Assembly (NCBI GenBank): GCA_037143195.1
Contig: JBAWZD010000003.1
Span: 5,333 to 69,332, forward strand
Length of the DNA: 64,000 nt
Direction of reading: 5' to 3'
From: a bacterium
GTDB lineage: Bacteria; Patescibacteriota; Minisyncoccia; Phycocordibacterales; UBA9973
A model generated the notes under the pieces. It did not search any database. It was not told where the DNA came from and worked only from the letters and a program-made list of their open reading frames with translations. This document shows, one piece after another, positions 29,943-38,730 of this stretch (position 1 is the first letter of the stretch; every line of letters begins with the position of its first letter). The position numbers were made by a program, and so were the translations under genes.

Positions 29943-30487
29943 GTAATCTTCTTCCTTCATCACAAAAGCAGGAAATTCTTCGTTTGTACCGCAAGCGATT
30001 TGTTTCAATTGTACTTTTGACCGTCGTTGGTCTTATGATGTCTGCCTTCGTGCTTGCGACTCCGTCGCTGCTCTTTTTGAAATCGAGTGAGATCGTGCTC
30101 ACTGCAAAACGAGACACACTCTCGGGATATGAGACAAGTTCTATTGCCCGCACGCTGAGTAGTGCTGTCGCCGATGTGAATTCACGACTCGCAGTTTTCC
30201 CCGCAACAGAGACAGCTTCTCCACTCATTGCTGACTTTGTAAATCCAGTCTTGCTCGCAAAATCCGATTCAATTCATTTGGTTGGCTTCTCCTACGAAAA
30301 GGGAGTAAAGCCAAACGAGGCAAAGGTGAAGGTGACAGGCACCGCAGACAGCCGAGTAGCGTTGCTTGCGTTTACAGACCGATTGAAAAAAGTTGGCAGT
30401 TTTAGTGATGTGAATGTTCCGATTACCAACTTCATTTTGGATACCAATGTTCCGTTTACTATCAGTGCGACGGTTTCACTTCAGTAA
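29939..30487 (+). CDS. pilN: PilN-like pilus assembly membrane protein
   Basis: Single N-terminal TM helix after a short cytoplasmic segment. Positioned after pilM. Confidence 0.5.
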   Translation: MSNLLPSSQKQEILRLYRKRFVSIVLLTVVGLMMSAFVLATPSLLFLKSSEIVLTAKRDTLSGYETSSIARTLSSAVADVNSRLAVFPATETASPLIADFVNPVLLAKSDSIHLVGFSYEKGVKPNEAKVKVTGTADSRVALLAFTDRLKKVGSFSDVNVPITNFILDTNVPFTISATVSLQ

Positions 30488-30493
30488 TTTTGT

Positions 30494-31087
30494 ATGAATA
30501 ATCTCTCAGAAAAGCCAATCCGAATTACGAATACTATCTTTATCGCGATAGTTGTTTTGGCACTTTTGGTTGTTGGCGCCTACGCATATCTTTTTAGTAC
30601 GATTAAAACCATTGGTGAACAAAACGCAGCACTTGAAGCTGAAACAAATACACTCGAAGCACAGGCGTCGCAAGTAGGGGAACTTAAGAAGAACCTTGCG
30701 TTGATTCAGGCTCGTCGCCCTGTCCTCGTTTCGTACTTTATTGATGCAAGTGATATTGTTCCATTCCTTGAAACGATTGAAGGCTACGGAAAACAAACGA
30801 ACGTAACAACCAAGTTCAATACCTTCGTGTTCAAAAAGACACCTGACATGCTTGCTGTTTCTATGGTTGCCGATGGTTCATTTACTGATTTGTACCACTT
30901 TATGGCATTGCTTGAAGCTGCTCCATATGAGATTGGAATGACAAGTGTGAATGTACAGGCGCAAAAACCAAAAGGACTCGATGCAACAAAAGGCAAAGTC
31001 GCAGGTCCAGCAGTCTGGGAAGCGCAGATTTCGCTTGCGGTTACAAGTATTACTGGTGTTCCAAAGGATGCAGTAAAATCAAAATAA
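30494..31087 (+). CDS. pilO: PilO-like pilus assembly protein
   Basis: TM helix plus coiled-coil ('NAALEAETNTLEAQASQVGELKKNL'). Positioned after pilN. Confidence 0.45.
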   Translation: MNNLSEKPIRITNTIFIAIVVLALLVVGAYAYLFSTIKTIGEQNAALEAETNTLEAQASQVGELKKNLALIQARRPVLVSYFIDASDIVPFLETIEGYGKQTNVTTKFNTFVFKKTPDMLAVSMVADGSFTDLYHFMALLEAAPYEIGMTSVNVQAQKPKGLDATKGKVAGPAVWEAQISLAVTSITGVPKDAVKSK

Positions 31088-31088
31088 T

Positions 31089-31412
31089 ATGAATGAAATT
31101 CGATCAAAATTGAATAGTTCGAAAAAATTTCTCACCAGTACATTCATTTTTCCAATCAATCCGCGATTGCAATTTCGCCGCCTCATGATTGGAGGTCTGA
31201 TTTTGTTTATTTTTGTCTTTCTTGGCCACATGTATTTGTTTTACAAAATCGAATCTCACGCTATTTTCCAGTCAGCAGATATGTCATCGACAAGTGTCCC
31301 CGTCGTGAATGAAACAAAACTCGCCACCGTACTCCTCCGCTTCGAAGATAAAGCAGTGATCCGTTCTGCCGCACTCAATCTTGTACCTGCAGTCGCTGAC
31401 CCAAGTAAGTAG
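31089..31412 (+). CDS. Small membrane protein (possible pilus-assembly accessory, PilP-like position)
   Basis: TM helix 'LMIGGLILFIFVFLGHMYLFY'. Translationally coupled to the pilO-like gene. Confidence 0.35.
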   Translation: MNEIRSKLNSSKKFLTSTFIFPINPRLQFRRLMIGGLILFIFVFLGHMYLFYKIESHAIFQSADMSSTSVPVVNETKLATVLLRFEDKAVIRSAALNLVPAVADPSK

Positions 31413-31418
31413 TCTCCC

Positions 31419-32336
31419 ATGGAACAATTTCATTCCGGTTATGATGTCGCTGAAGAAAAGCTTTCTCCCGAAGAGAAGGAGCATCGTCGTGTTGAAAAAA
31501 GAAAAAAGGAATTAAAAGAAAAAAAGAAAAAGAAGGAGAAAGAAAAAAAGGAAAAAGAGAAAATTGAGAAACGCGAAAAGGCACGGGTGGAGGGTGTCCG
31601 AAAGGGCAAAGAAAGCTACGCCCGTCGAGTGAAGGAAGAGAAAAATCTATTCAAGAAATCATTTCGGATCGGGTATATGATTGGTTCCTGGATCGCAAAA
31701 CGATCAACTGATCGGCTTGATACAAGCACCCTTGCACATCCAAACACTGAAGAGGAACAGGTTCGTTTTCGACACGAGACTACTGCACTTGCTGAAGATT
31801 TAGACAAAGACGAAACGGATGATCGTCTTAAAAGAAAGGAAGAACCGGTGTATGAGGAGCGAGATTTTGTCATGGAAGAAATCGATCGTGAACTTCGAGA
31901 GCTTGGCTCAGAGGACCATGATATTGCGACGATGAAACCTGCAGAAGCACTCAATCTTGTGCGAATAAAAGAATTGGAGCAGGAACTGAAAAACGAAAAC
32001 AAGAAACAGAAACAAATTACACCTGACGAGTTGAGTCGTGAACTTGGAACACTCCGCAAGCTCTGGGAGCAGTCGCTGAGTAGTCTGGAAGAGACAAGTA
32101 GCACCGAGCGTTTTTCAGAACTCCTTGAACTCACTGCTCGTGCAAAATCAGATCCAAGAATTGTCGTCGACTACCTCAAAAACGAAGGGAATAATCTTAC
32201 GTCTGAGGAGCGTTTCTTTCTTGAAATGTCGATTGAGTTGCAAAAATTTAAATCAAAGGCAAAAGAATTGATCTTTCAAGAATCAACTCGTGAAGGAGCA
32301 AGTGCTGTTTCGCAAAAAGAAACTAAAGAAACGTAA
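31419..32336 (+). CDS. Lys/Glu-rich coiled-coil hypothetical protein
   Basis: Purine-rich repetitive coding ('KKKKEKEKKEKEKIEKREK'). 305 aa. Confidence 0.45.
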   Translation: MEQFHSGYDVAEEKLSPEEKEHRRVEKRKKELKEKKKKKEKEKKEKEKIEKREKARVEGVRKGKESYARRVKEEKNLFKKSFRIGYMIGSWIAKRSTDRLDTSTLAHPNTEEEQVRFRHETTALAEDLDKDETDDRLKRKEEPVYEERDFVMEEIDRELRELGSEDHDIATMKPAEALNLVRIKELEQELKNENKKQKQITPDELSRELGTLRKLWEQSLSSLEETSSTERFSELLELTARAKSDPRIVVDYLKNEGNNLTSEERFFLEMSIELQKFKSKAKELIFQESTREGASAVSQKETKET

Positions 32337-33438
32337 TATGTACGATTTCACAGTTTGACCCAACACGAAGTGGTGGACCCCAGCCGCCAATACCGCTTGA
32401 TACATATACTTGCAGATTACCGAGTGGTTTCAGACCGTAACCGAATCCTTTGTAGGCGATATTCGCGAGATAGTTGAATGGCCATTGTTGTCCTCTGTGC
32501 GTGTGACCGGAAATTTGAAATGAGACTCCTGCTTGTTCTGCGATCTCGAGATCCTTCGGCTCGTGCTTGAGCAGGATTGAGGGGAGCGATTTATCGAACG
32601 CGAGTTTTTCGAGAAGCATTTTGAATGCTTCTTTTTTGGTTGCATGTTGGTAATCGACGCCAAGGATTTGTAGACCGTCGAGCGTGATGAGTTTGTCGTT
32701 CAAAATCGTGATGCCAATTTTTTCAACAGCCTGTACGAATGGAGTTGGATCACCGAACTCCTCATGATTGCCAGAAATGAAATAGACACCACGCGGCGCA
32801 GTGAGATCTGTGAGTGGTTGAGCGATTTCATATGGGTCGGGTGCATGTGTGCCGTCATACAAATCACCACCGATGAATACAACGTCAGGGGAGAGTGAAT
32901 TGGAAAGCGCGGTTACTTTTTTGGAAAAGGCAGTTCCTCGAACCGAGCCAAGGTGTAGATCGCTCATCCAGACGGCCGTTCGTCCGTGCCATGCGAGTGG
33001 AAGATTGGGGAGTGTGACGGATATTTTCTTTGTTACAATTCTTCTCCCGTTGATATATCCGTAGATACTGACAAGAATCGCAATACCAAAGAATGCAACA
33101 CCGAACGGACGAGTGTCAGAGACGAATATGGCGCTGATGTCGTACAGGATTCCTGCAATGAGGAGATATGCAAATGAGCCAGTCCAAATCGCAGTCAGTC
33201 GGTACAGGAAACGGGTGAGACGACTTTTTGAAAATCGTTCGACCACTAGCATGCCAAGAAATCCGCCTGAGAGGAGTGTGAGTAGGATTGCTCCGGCAAC
33301 GCGTGTAGCGTGGCTTGTGATTGCGAGGAGTGAGATGACGGCGTTGTAAACGACAATGTTTGCTTCAATGAGCAAGACGGATGCGACACTGATAAAAGTG
33401 AGAAGCGCTTTGAGTGAATGAGGATTGTTTTTATGCAT
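32323..33438 (-). CDS. Membrane-bound metallophosphoesterase (calcineurin-like)
   Basis: N-terminal TM helices. Phosphoesterase motifs 'SDLHLG', 'GGDLYDG', 'GNHE' and 'GHTH'. Confidence 0.75.
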   Translation of the reverse strand: MHKNNPHSLKALLTFISVASVLLIEANIVVYNAVISLLAITSHATRVAGAILLTLLSGGFLGMLVVERFSKSRLTRFLYRLTAIWTGSFAYLLIAGILYDISAIFVSDTRPFGVAFFGIAILVSIYGYINGRRIVTKKISVTLPNLPLAWHGRTAVWMSDLHLGSVRGTAFSKKVTALSNSLSPDVVFIGGDLYDGTHAPDPYEIAQPLTDLTAPRGVYFISGNHEEFGDPTPFVQAVEKIGITILNDKLITLDGLQILGVDYQHATKKEAFKMLLEKLAFDKSLPSILLKHEPKDLEIAEQAGVSFQISGHTHRGQQWPFNYLANIAYKGFGYGLKPLGNLQVYVSSGIGGWGPPLRVGSNCEIVHITFL

Positions 33439-33459
33439 GGTTGTTTAAAAATCGTCAGG

Positions 33460-33531
33460 TGCCCCCGCGAGGAATCGAACCTCGAATAGCGGCTTAGAAG
33501 TCCGCAGTTATATCCATTTAACTACAGGGGC
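33460..33531 (-). tRNA. tRNA-Arg (anticodon TCT)
   Basis: Cloverleaf with acceptor GCCCCTG/CGGGGGC, D-stem GTTA/TAAC, anticodon loop CTTCTAA and T-arm CGAGG-TTCGATT-CCTCG. Confidence 0.65.
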
Positions 33532-33600
33532 GAATGGGCACAGTGGTAGCATACAAAAAACGCTCGTATTTAGCTAGCTACCGCTTGAGTACAGTTCGGG

Positions 33601-33673
33601 TGCGCGATGAGGGACTTGAACCCCCGACCTTCTAAGTGTAAATTAGTTGCTCTACCAACTGAGCTAATCGCGC
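33601..33673 (-). tRNA. tRNA-Val (anticodon TAC)
   Basis: Acceptor GCGCGAT/ATCGCGC, D-arm GCTC-AGTTGGTA-GAGC, anticodon loop TTTACAC, T-arm GGGGG-TTCAAGT-CCCTC. Confidence 0.7.
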
Positions 33674-33761
33674 GTACAAAGTACTCTACCAGAAAAAAAC
33701 AAAAAGTTCAATAGATATATAGACCTTTGATAAACACATACATATATACTATACTCTAGTA

Positions 33762-34439
33762 ATGAAAATCGTAGAGCGAGATAGGGCTATTTCGCTTCGG
33801 AAGAAGGGCCTTACTATTAATGAAATTGTTGCAGAAACTGGCTATTCGAAGGCGAGCGTTAGTGTTTGGGTACGAAATATACCTCTTACTGAAAAACAAA
33901 AAAATCGAATTTCAGAAAAAGGTCGAAGTCTCGCGTCGATTGAACTTCGTCGGACCTCTCGTTTAGCAAATGAGAGAAAAAAGAAAGAAATTGTGCGAGA
34001 TAGTGCTAAAAATGAGATTCGGGGATTTTCTCACCGCGACCTTTTGGTTGCTGGTGCCATGCTGTATCTCGGAGAGGGGACGAAGAAATCGAAAGGTAGG
34101 GCAAGTATTACGAATGCAGACCCTGAGGTTATCCAAATGGCCGTCCGGTTTCTTGTAGATATATGTGGTGTTCCTCACGGAAGACTTTATGGGCATATTC
34201 ATATCCACTCACATCTCGACATAAAACGAGCAGAGATGTATTGGTCAAAAGTGTCTGGCATACCTCGTGCCCAATTTTACAAAACGTATTGCAAGAAAAG
34301 TGTTGCTTCTCTTAACAAAAAAGACAGCTTACCGTACGGGACCATTGAAGTCGGCACAAACGACATAAAAATTTTCTTGAAAATAATGGGTTGGATTGAA
34401 AAAATTAAAGAATTGGCGATAGGTGCAAAAATTTCCTAA
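33762..34439 (+). CDS. HTH-containing protein with a LAGLIDADG-like motif (possible homing-endonuclease-like)
   Basis: N-terminal resolvase-type HTH 'LRKKGLTINEIVAETGYSKASVSVW'. Central 'LLVAGAMLYLGEGTK' resembles a LAGLIDADG motif. Adjacent to two tRNAs. Confidence 0.3.
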   Translation: MKIVERDRAISLRKKGLTINEIVAETGYSKASVSVWVRNIPLTEKQKNRISEKGRSLASIELRRTSRLANERKKKEIVRDSAKNEIRGFSHRDLLVAGAMLYLGEGTKKSKGRASITNADPEVIQMAVRFLVDICGVPHGRLYGHIHIHSHLDIKRAEMYWSKVSGIPRAQFYKTYCKKSVASLNKKDSLPYGTIEVGTNDIKIFLKIMGWIEKIKELAIGAKIS

Positions 34440-34459
34440 AACCCATATACTGTCCCTAT

Positions 34460-35257
34460 ATGGAACACACAGAATACCTTCCGTTTGCGCTCGACCTTGC
34501 TCGCGATGCTGGTGGCATCATGCGACAAAATTTCATGCTCGGCATGAAGAAAGAATGGAAGAGTGATGCGACACCGCTCACCGAGACAGATACCAAAATT
34601 CACACACTCGTGTGTGATTCAATTGCGCGTGCATTCCCAACTCACTCCGTGCTCTCCGAAGAGGGGGACGAAGCAGCCAAAACTCCAACGACTGAATATG
34701 TGTGGGTGTGTGATCCTGTCGACGGGACGCACAATTTTGCGCACGGTATTCCGACTGCGACATTTGCACTCGCACTTGTGCAGAACGGCAAACCAATCGT
34801 CGCCGTCATTTACGATCCATTCATGGACCGACTTTTCTACGCCGAAAAAGGCAAAGGTGCATTCATGAACAACAAGCAGATACATGTTTCTGACAATCCG
34901 ACAGTCAAAAAGACCGTGATTGGTATCGGCAAATGGTCAAACGACACTACAAATCTTTTTCCTGTTGGCGAACAATTGCGCGAACGTGGTGTGCGTCTTG
35001 TGACGGGACTTTCGATTGATTACATGGGAGCACTTGTCGCTGCAGGAGAATTTTCTGCGACAATTTTCGGGGGGCTGTCTCCTTTTGACACAGTCGCAAT
35101 TCAGCTTCTAGTGGAGGAGGCAGGGGGCAAGGCAACAGACCTTACAGGAGGCACTGTAGAGCGCTACGATCGGGAAGTTCCAGGACAGCTTGCGACGAAT
35201 GGATTGGTTCACGATGAGATTTTGCAACTCATAAAGGAATATGGAGCACGAGCCTAA
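34460..35257 (+). CDS. Inositol monophosphatase family protein (SuhB-like)
   Basis: 'WVCDPVDGTHNFAHG' IMPase motif and 'GGKATDL'. Confidence 0.8.
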   Translation: MEHTEYLPFALDLARDAGGIMRQNFMLGMKKEWKSDATPLTETDTKIHTLVCDSIARAFPTHSVLSEEGDEAAKTPTTEYVWVCDPVDGTHNFAHGIPTATFALALVQNGKPIVAVIYDPFMDRLFYAEKGKGAFMNNKQIHVSDNPTVKKTVIGIGKWSNDTTNLFPVGEQLRERGVRLVTGLSIDYMGALVAAGEFSATIFGGLSPFDTVAIQLLVEEAGGKATDLTGGTVERYDREVPGQLATNGLVHDEILQLIKEYGARA

Positions 35258-36041
35258 AATCGAAGTGACTATCCCAATCCTCTACGAGGATGCGTATTGT
35301 ATGTGTATCAACAAGCCTGCGGGCCTTGCGGTACATGGAGATGGAAAGGCAAATGAGTTCACGCTTGCAGATTGGATTCTTGAATATCATCCAACACTCG
35401 CGCCTGTCGGTGAACCACTTCGAGTGCGGATTGGTGGGGAAGAGATTACGGTGCCGAAGCCAGGGATTGTGCATCGCCTCGACAAAGATACCTCCGGAGT
35501 CATGGTGCTCGCAAAGACTCACGCAGCATATGAATTCTTCAAACAACAGTTTCAAGAACGAGAGATACAAAAAATGTATCTCGCCTTTGTGTATGGGTGG
35601 ATCAAAGAAGATGCGATGGAGATTACGGGATCGATTGGCCGTGATTCGAGCAACATTAGACGATGGACTGTTTCCAAAAATGCGCGTGGAACTTTGCGTG
35701 AAGCTATAACAAACATCCGTGTGTTGAAACGATTTGGTCATTCTGCGAATGGTCATGAATATGACGGCAAGGGAAGTACCGAAGAGGGAACGTTTTCTCT
35801 CGTTGAGGCTCGACCAAAGACCGGCCGTACGCATCAAATTCGCGTGCATATGCGCTCCGTAAACCATCCTATCGTCGGAGATTCACTGTATGCGCCTAAG
35901 CGTGGTGAAGGGCTCGGCTTCGTACGCCAGGCACTTCACGCGCGCGAGCTTACGCTCGCGCTCCCGTCCGGTCAAACCATTACCGTGCAAGCCCCGTTCC
36001 CCGAAGACTTCCAAAAAGCCCTCGAGGTTGCAAATGCATAA
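35241..36041 (+). CDS. RluA-family pseudouridine synthase
   Basis: Catalytic motif '[15 protein letters not shown]'. 'GRTHQIRVH' motif. Confidence 0.8.
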   Translation: MEHEPKIEVTIPILYEDAYCMCINKPAGLAVHGDGKANEFTLADWILEYHPTLAPVGEPLRVRIGGEEITVPKPGIVHRLDKDTSGVMVLAKTHAAYEFFKQQFQEREIQKMYLAFVYGWIKEDAMEITGSIGRDSSNIRRWTVSKNARGTLREAITNIRVLKRFGHSANGHEYDGKGSTEEGTFSLVEARPKTGRTHQIRVHMRSVNHPIVGDSLYAPKRGEGLGFVRQALHARELTLALPSGQTITVQAPFPEDFQKALEVANA

Positions 36042-36477
36042 GCAGTGTGTTAAAGTACGCCCTGTTATGGCATTACAGCTCACACCAGTAAAAAAAGCAG
36101 ATCGCACAGCAGTCGATTTTTCTTCAGGCGACACAGTGCGCGTCTGGGTCAAAATTCCTGAAAAAGGCAAATTTCGCCTCCAGGCTTTTGAAGGTCTCGT
36201 ACTTGCTCGCAAGCACGGCACAGAAATCGGCGCGACGTTCACAGTCCGCAAAGTAGCTTCAGGTGTTGGAGTAGAGCGTATCTTTCCTCTCTTCTCACCA
36301 ATGATTGATTCAATCGAGGTCATCAAGCGTTCCGGTGCTCGCCGCAGTAAACTTTACTACGTTCGAGAGAAGGCAGTCCGCGACATCCGCAAGAAAATGA
36401 AGAGTGTCCGCGTCGTCGCAAGTGACGAAGCAGATGTTCCGGAAGTCGAGGCAGTAGCCGAGAAAGCAGAAGCCTAG
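36034..36477 (+). CDS. rplS: 50S ribosomal protein L19
   Basis: '[40 protein letters not shown]...[16 protein letters not shown]' is the L19 signature. The start is uncertain (36034 or 36067). Confidence 0.8.
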   Translation: MHKQCVKVRPVMALQLTPVKKADRTAVDFSSGDTVRVWVKIPEKGKFRLQAFEGLVLARKHGTEIGATFTVRKVASGVGVERIFPLFSPMIDSIEVIKRSGARRSKLYYVREKAVRDIRKKMKSVRVVASDEADVPEVEAVAEKAEA

Positions 36478-36511
36478 TATACTAGGAAAGCTGTCCGCAA
36501 GGATGGCACAT

Positions 36512-36595
36512 GCGCAGGTGGCGAAACTGGTAGACGCACTACCTTGAGGTGGTAGCACCCGCAAGGGTATGGAAGTTCAAGTCTTCTCCTGCGCA
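36512..36595 (+). tRNA. tRNA-Leu (anticodon GAG)
   Basis: 84 nt. Acceptor GCGCAGG/CCTGCGC, anticodon stem CTACC/GGTAG, loop TTGAGGT, long variable arm, T-arm GGAAG-TTCAAGT-CTTCT. Confidence 0.75.
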
Positions 36596-36810
36596 CATAA
36601 ATGAAAAACCGCACAGATTTATCTGCGCGGTTTTTCATTTACTCTGGGCTAAGGCAAGGCGAGCCAACTGCTTGGCTCGCCCGAAGACTTGAAAGCCGCA
36701 GCGATGCCGCCTTGGCGGCCGCGAGGCGGGGTCGCGAACACTTAGTCCGCACAGGGCGTAATCGCCCGAGCAGACTTAGTGATTCGTGACCAAGTCTTCT
36801 CCTGCGCACA
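36578..36810 (+). repeat. 20-bp perfect direct repeat of the tRNA-Leu 3' end (36578-36597 and 36791-36810) bracketing a 193-bp GC-rich insert
   Basis: 'caagtcttctcctgcgcaca' occurs twice. The intervening segment is about 60% GC versus about 47% in the surroundings and contains several perfect hairpins. Confidence 0.7.
36604..36635 (+). terminator. Hairpin terminator immediately 3' of tRNA-Leu
   Basis: AAAAACCGCACAGAT..ATCTGCGCGGTTTTT. Confidence 0.5.
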
Positions 36811-36814
36811 ACGT

Positions 36815-36844
36815 AAAAAGACCTTGTTGATCAAGGTCTTTTTT
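36815..36844 (+). terminator. Rho-independent terminator
   Basis: AAAAAGACCTTG-ttgat-CAAGGTCTTTTTT. Confidence 0.65.
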
Positions 36845-36887
36845 CTTGCCCCAAAACAAGATTTGAATCTGCTATACTTCCAAAAGT

Positions 36888-38642
36888 ATGGAAAGTCAAA
36901 ATTGTCAGAATTGCAAAATGGCCTTCACGATTGATTCGGAGGACCTTTCGTTTTATGAAAAAATTCAGGTGCCACAGCCTACATTCTGCTATCTCTGCCG
37001 AGCTCAAAGAAGAATGTCGTTCCGAAACGAGCGGAAACTTTTTCGCGTGAAGGATGCCTTTACAGGAAAGGAGATATTTTCTTTATATCCGCCGGAAGCA
37101 AATTGTAAGGTTATTACGTCCGAAGAATGGTATGGAGATTCTTGGGATGGCACGGAATATGGACACGATTACGATTTTTCTAGGCCATTTCTCGAACAGC
37201 TTTTTGAACTTGATAAAAAAGTGCCAGTCCTGAATCTCAATGTCGCCTTGATGCAAAGGAGCGATTATTGTGCGAATGCCGACAACCTCAAAGATTGCTA
37301 TTTGGTATTCGCTTCTCAATTCACCGAGAACAGCCTTTATTGTACGAGTACAAACGAATCGAAAGATTGCATGGATACTTCGCTGATAACTGGCGGAGAG
37401 CGATGCTATGAGTGTTTCTGGATACAAAATTGTTCTCAATGTTACTTCACTATTATGTCTGTTGAGTCCCGAAATCTTTGGTTCTGTCGGGATTGTAAGG
37501 GATGCAGTGATTGTTTTGGTTGTACGAATTTACGCCAATCTTCGTACTGCATTTTCAACAAGCAATACACCAAAGAGGAATATAAAAAGGAGATCGAAAA
37601 ACTTCGTCTTGATACAAGAACAGGGATTAAGGAAGCCCATATGAAGACCAGAGCTTTTTGGGATACTCAGATCGTGAAATATCAACAAGGTTTGCGTAAT
37701 TTGAATACGACTGGATCGTATGTTACCGATTCTAAAAATATACATGATAGTTTCTTGATCCGTGAAGGCGAGAATTTGCGGTATTGCCAAAATATGGAGA
37801 TACCCGGAAACAAAGACTGCATGGATGTATATGAGTGGGGAGAGAAAACAGAGCTTTGCTATGAGACGAGCGGTGTCGGAACGAATGCGTATAACGTGCA
37901 GTTTTCCTACGATTGTTGGCCGAGCGTGAGCAGCTGTCAGTATTCCATGCATCTGCGCGGATGTTCCGATTGTTTCGGTTGCGTAGGTTTAAAGAAAAAA
38001 CAATACTGTATTTTCAATAAACAATATTCAAAAGAAGAATACGAAGCGCTTGTCCCAAAAATTATTGAACAGATGAATACGTTGCCGTATGTGGACGCAA
38101 AAGGCAGAATATACAAATATGGAGAGTTCTTTCCCATCGAGCTTTCTCCGTATGGATACAACAATACTGTTGCCGCTGACTTCTTCCCGATTACAGATGC
38201 GGAGGCGAAAGTGCAAGCCTATCCGTGGATAGAAGTTGAGCGGAATACATACGCTATCACTAAAAAACAATCTGATCTTGCGGACTCGATTCATGAAGTT
38301 GATGATTCAATCTTGAAAAAAATTATTGAGTGCGAACAGTGCGCAAAGCCATATCGAATACTTCAAAATGAGCTTAGTCTTTTAAGACGAGAAAGCCTGC
38401 CTTTGCCAACGCTTTGTATTGAGTGCAGGCACGCTCGCAGGATTAGTGATCGTTTGAAGATTAATCTTTATGAACGAATATGTATGTGCGGTGGTTTGAA
38501 CGATACGACAATGACATACAAAAATACACGAACTCATATACACGGTGGCAATTTCTGCGGTGAGAAATTCAAAACGGGATATTCCTCGGATCGCCTCGAG
38601 ATTGTCTATTGCGAGCAGTGTTATCAAAACGAAGTGGCTTAA
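36888..38642 (+). CDS. Cysteine-rich multi-zinc-ribbon protein, uncharacterised family (paralog A)
   Basis: 584 aa with more than 40 Cys. N-terminal 'CQNC...FYEKIQVPQPTFCYLCRAQRRMSFRNER'. Repeated 'GCSDCFGCxxLxxxxYCIFNKQYxKEEY' units. C-terminal CxxC...CxxC ribbon. Confidence 0.65.
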   Translation: MESQNCQNCKMAFTIDSEDLSFYEKIQVPQPTFCYLCRAQRRMSFRNERKLFRVKDAFTGKEIFSLYPPEANCKVITSEEWYGDSWDGTEYGHDYDFSRPFLEQLFELDKKVPVLNLNVALMQRSDYCANADNLKDCYLVFASQFTENSLYCTSTNESKDCMDTSLITGGERCYECFWIQNCSQCYFTIMSVESRNLWFCRDCKGCSDCFGCTNLRQSSYCIFNKQYTKEEYKKEIEKLRLDTRTGIKEAHMKTRAFWDTQIVKYQQGLRNLNTTGSYVTDSKNIHDSFLIREGENLRYCQNMEIPGNKDCMDVYEWGEKTELCYETSGVGTNAYNVQFSYDCWPSVSSCQYSMHLRGCSDCFGCVGLKKKQYCIFNKQYSKEEYEALVPKIIEQMNTLPYVDAKGRIYKYGEFFPIELSPYGYNNTVAADFFPITDAEAKVQAYPWIEVERNTYAITKKQSDLADSIHEVDDSILKKIIECEQCAKPYRILQNELSLLRRESLPLPTLCIECRHARRISDRLKINLYERICMCGGLNDTTMTYKNTRTHIHGGNFCGEKFKTGYSSDRLEIVYCEQCYQNEVA

Positions 38643-38730
38643 CGATTCGTCGACCCTTTATTCCATAGAGCGACAATAGGGAGCACAACATAAAAATTTA
38701 GTTTTTGAATCTGCTATACTTCTGGAAGGT

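Noticed and set aside
36601-36789. 62-aa Arg/Ala-rich ORF after tRNA-Leu
   Set aside because: It lies wholly within the GC-rich, hairpin-dense insert between the tRNA-derived direct repeats. Its composition is an artefact of GC-rich non-coding DNA.
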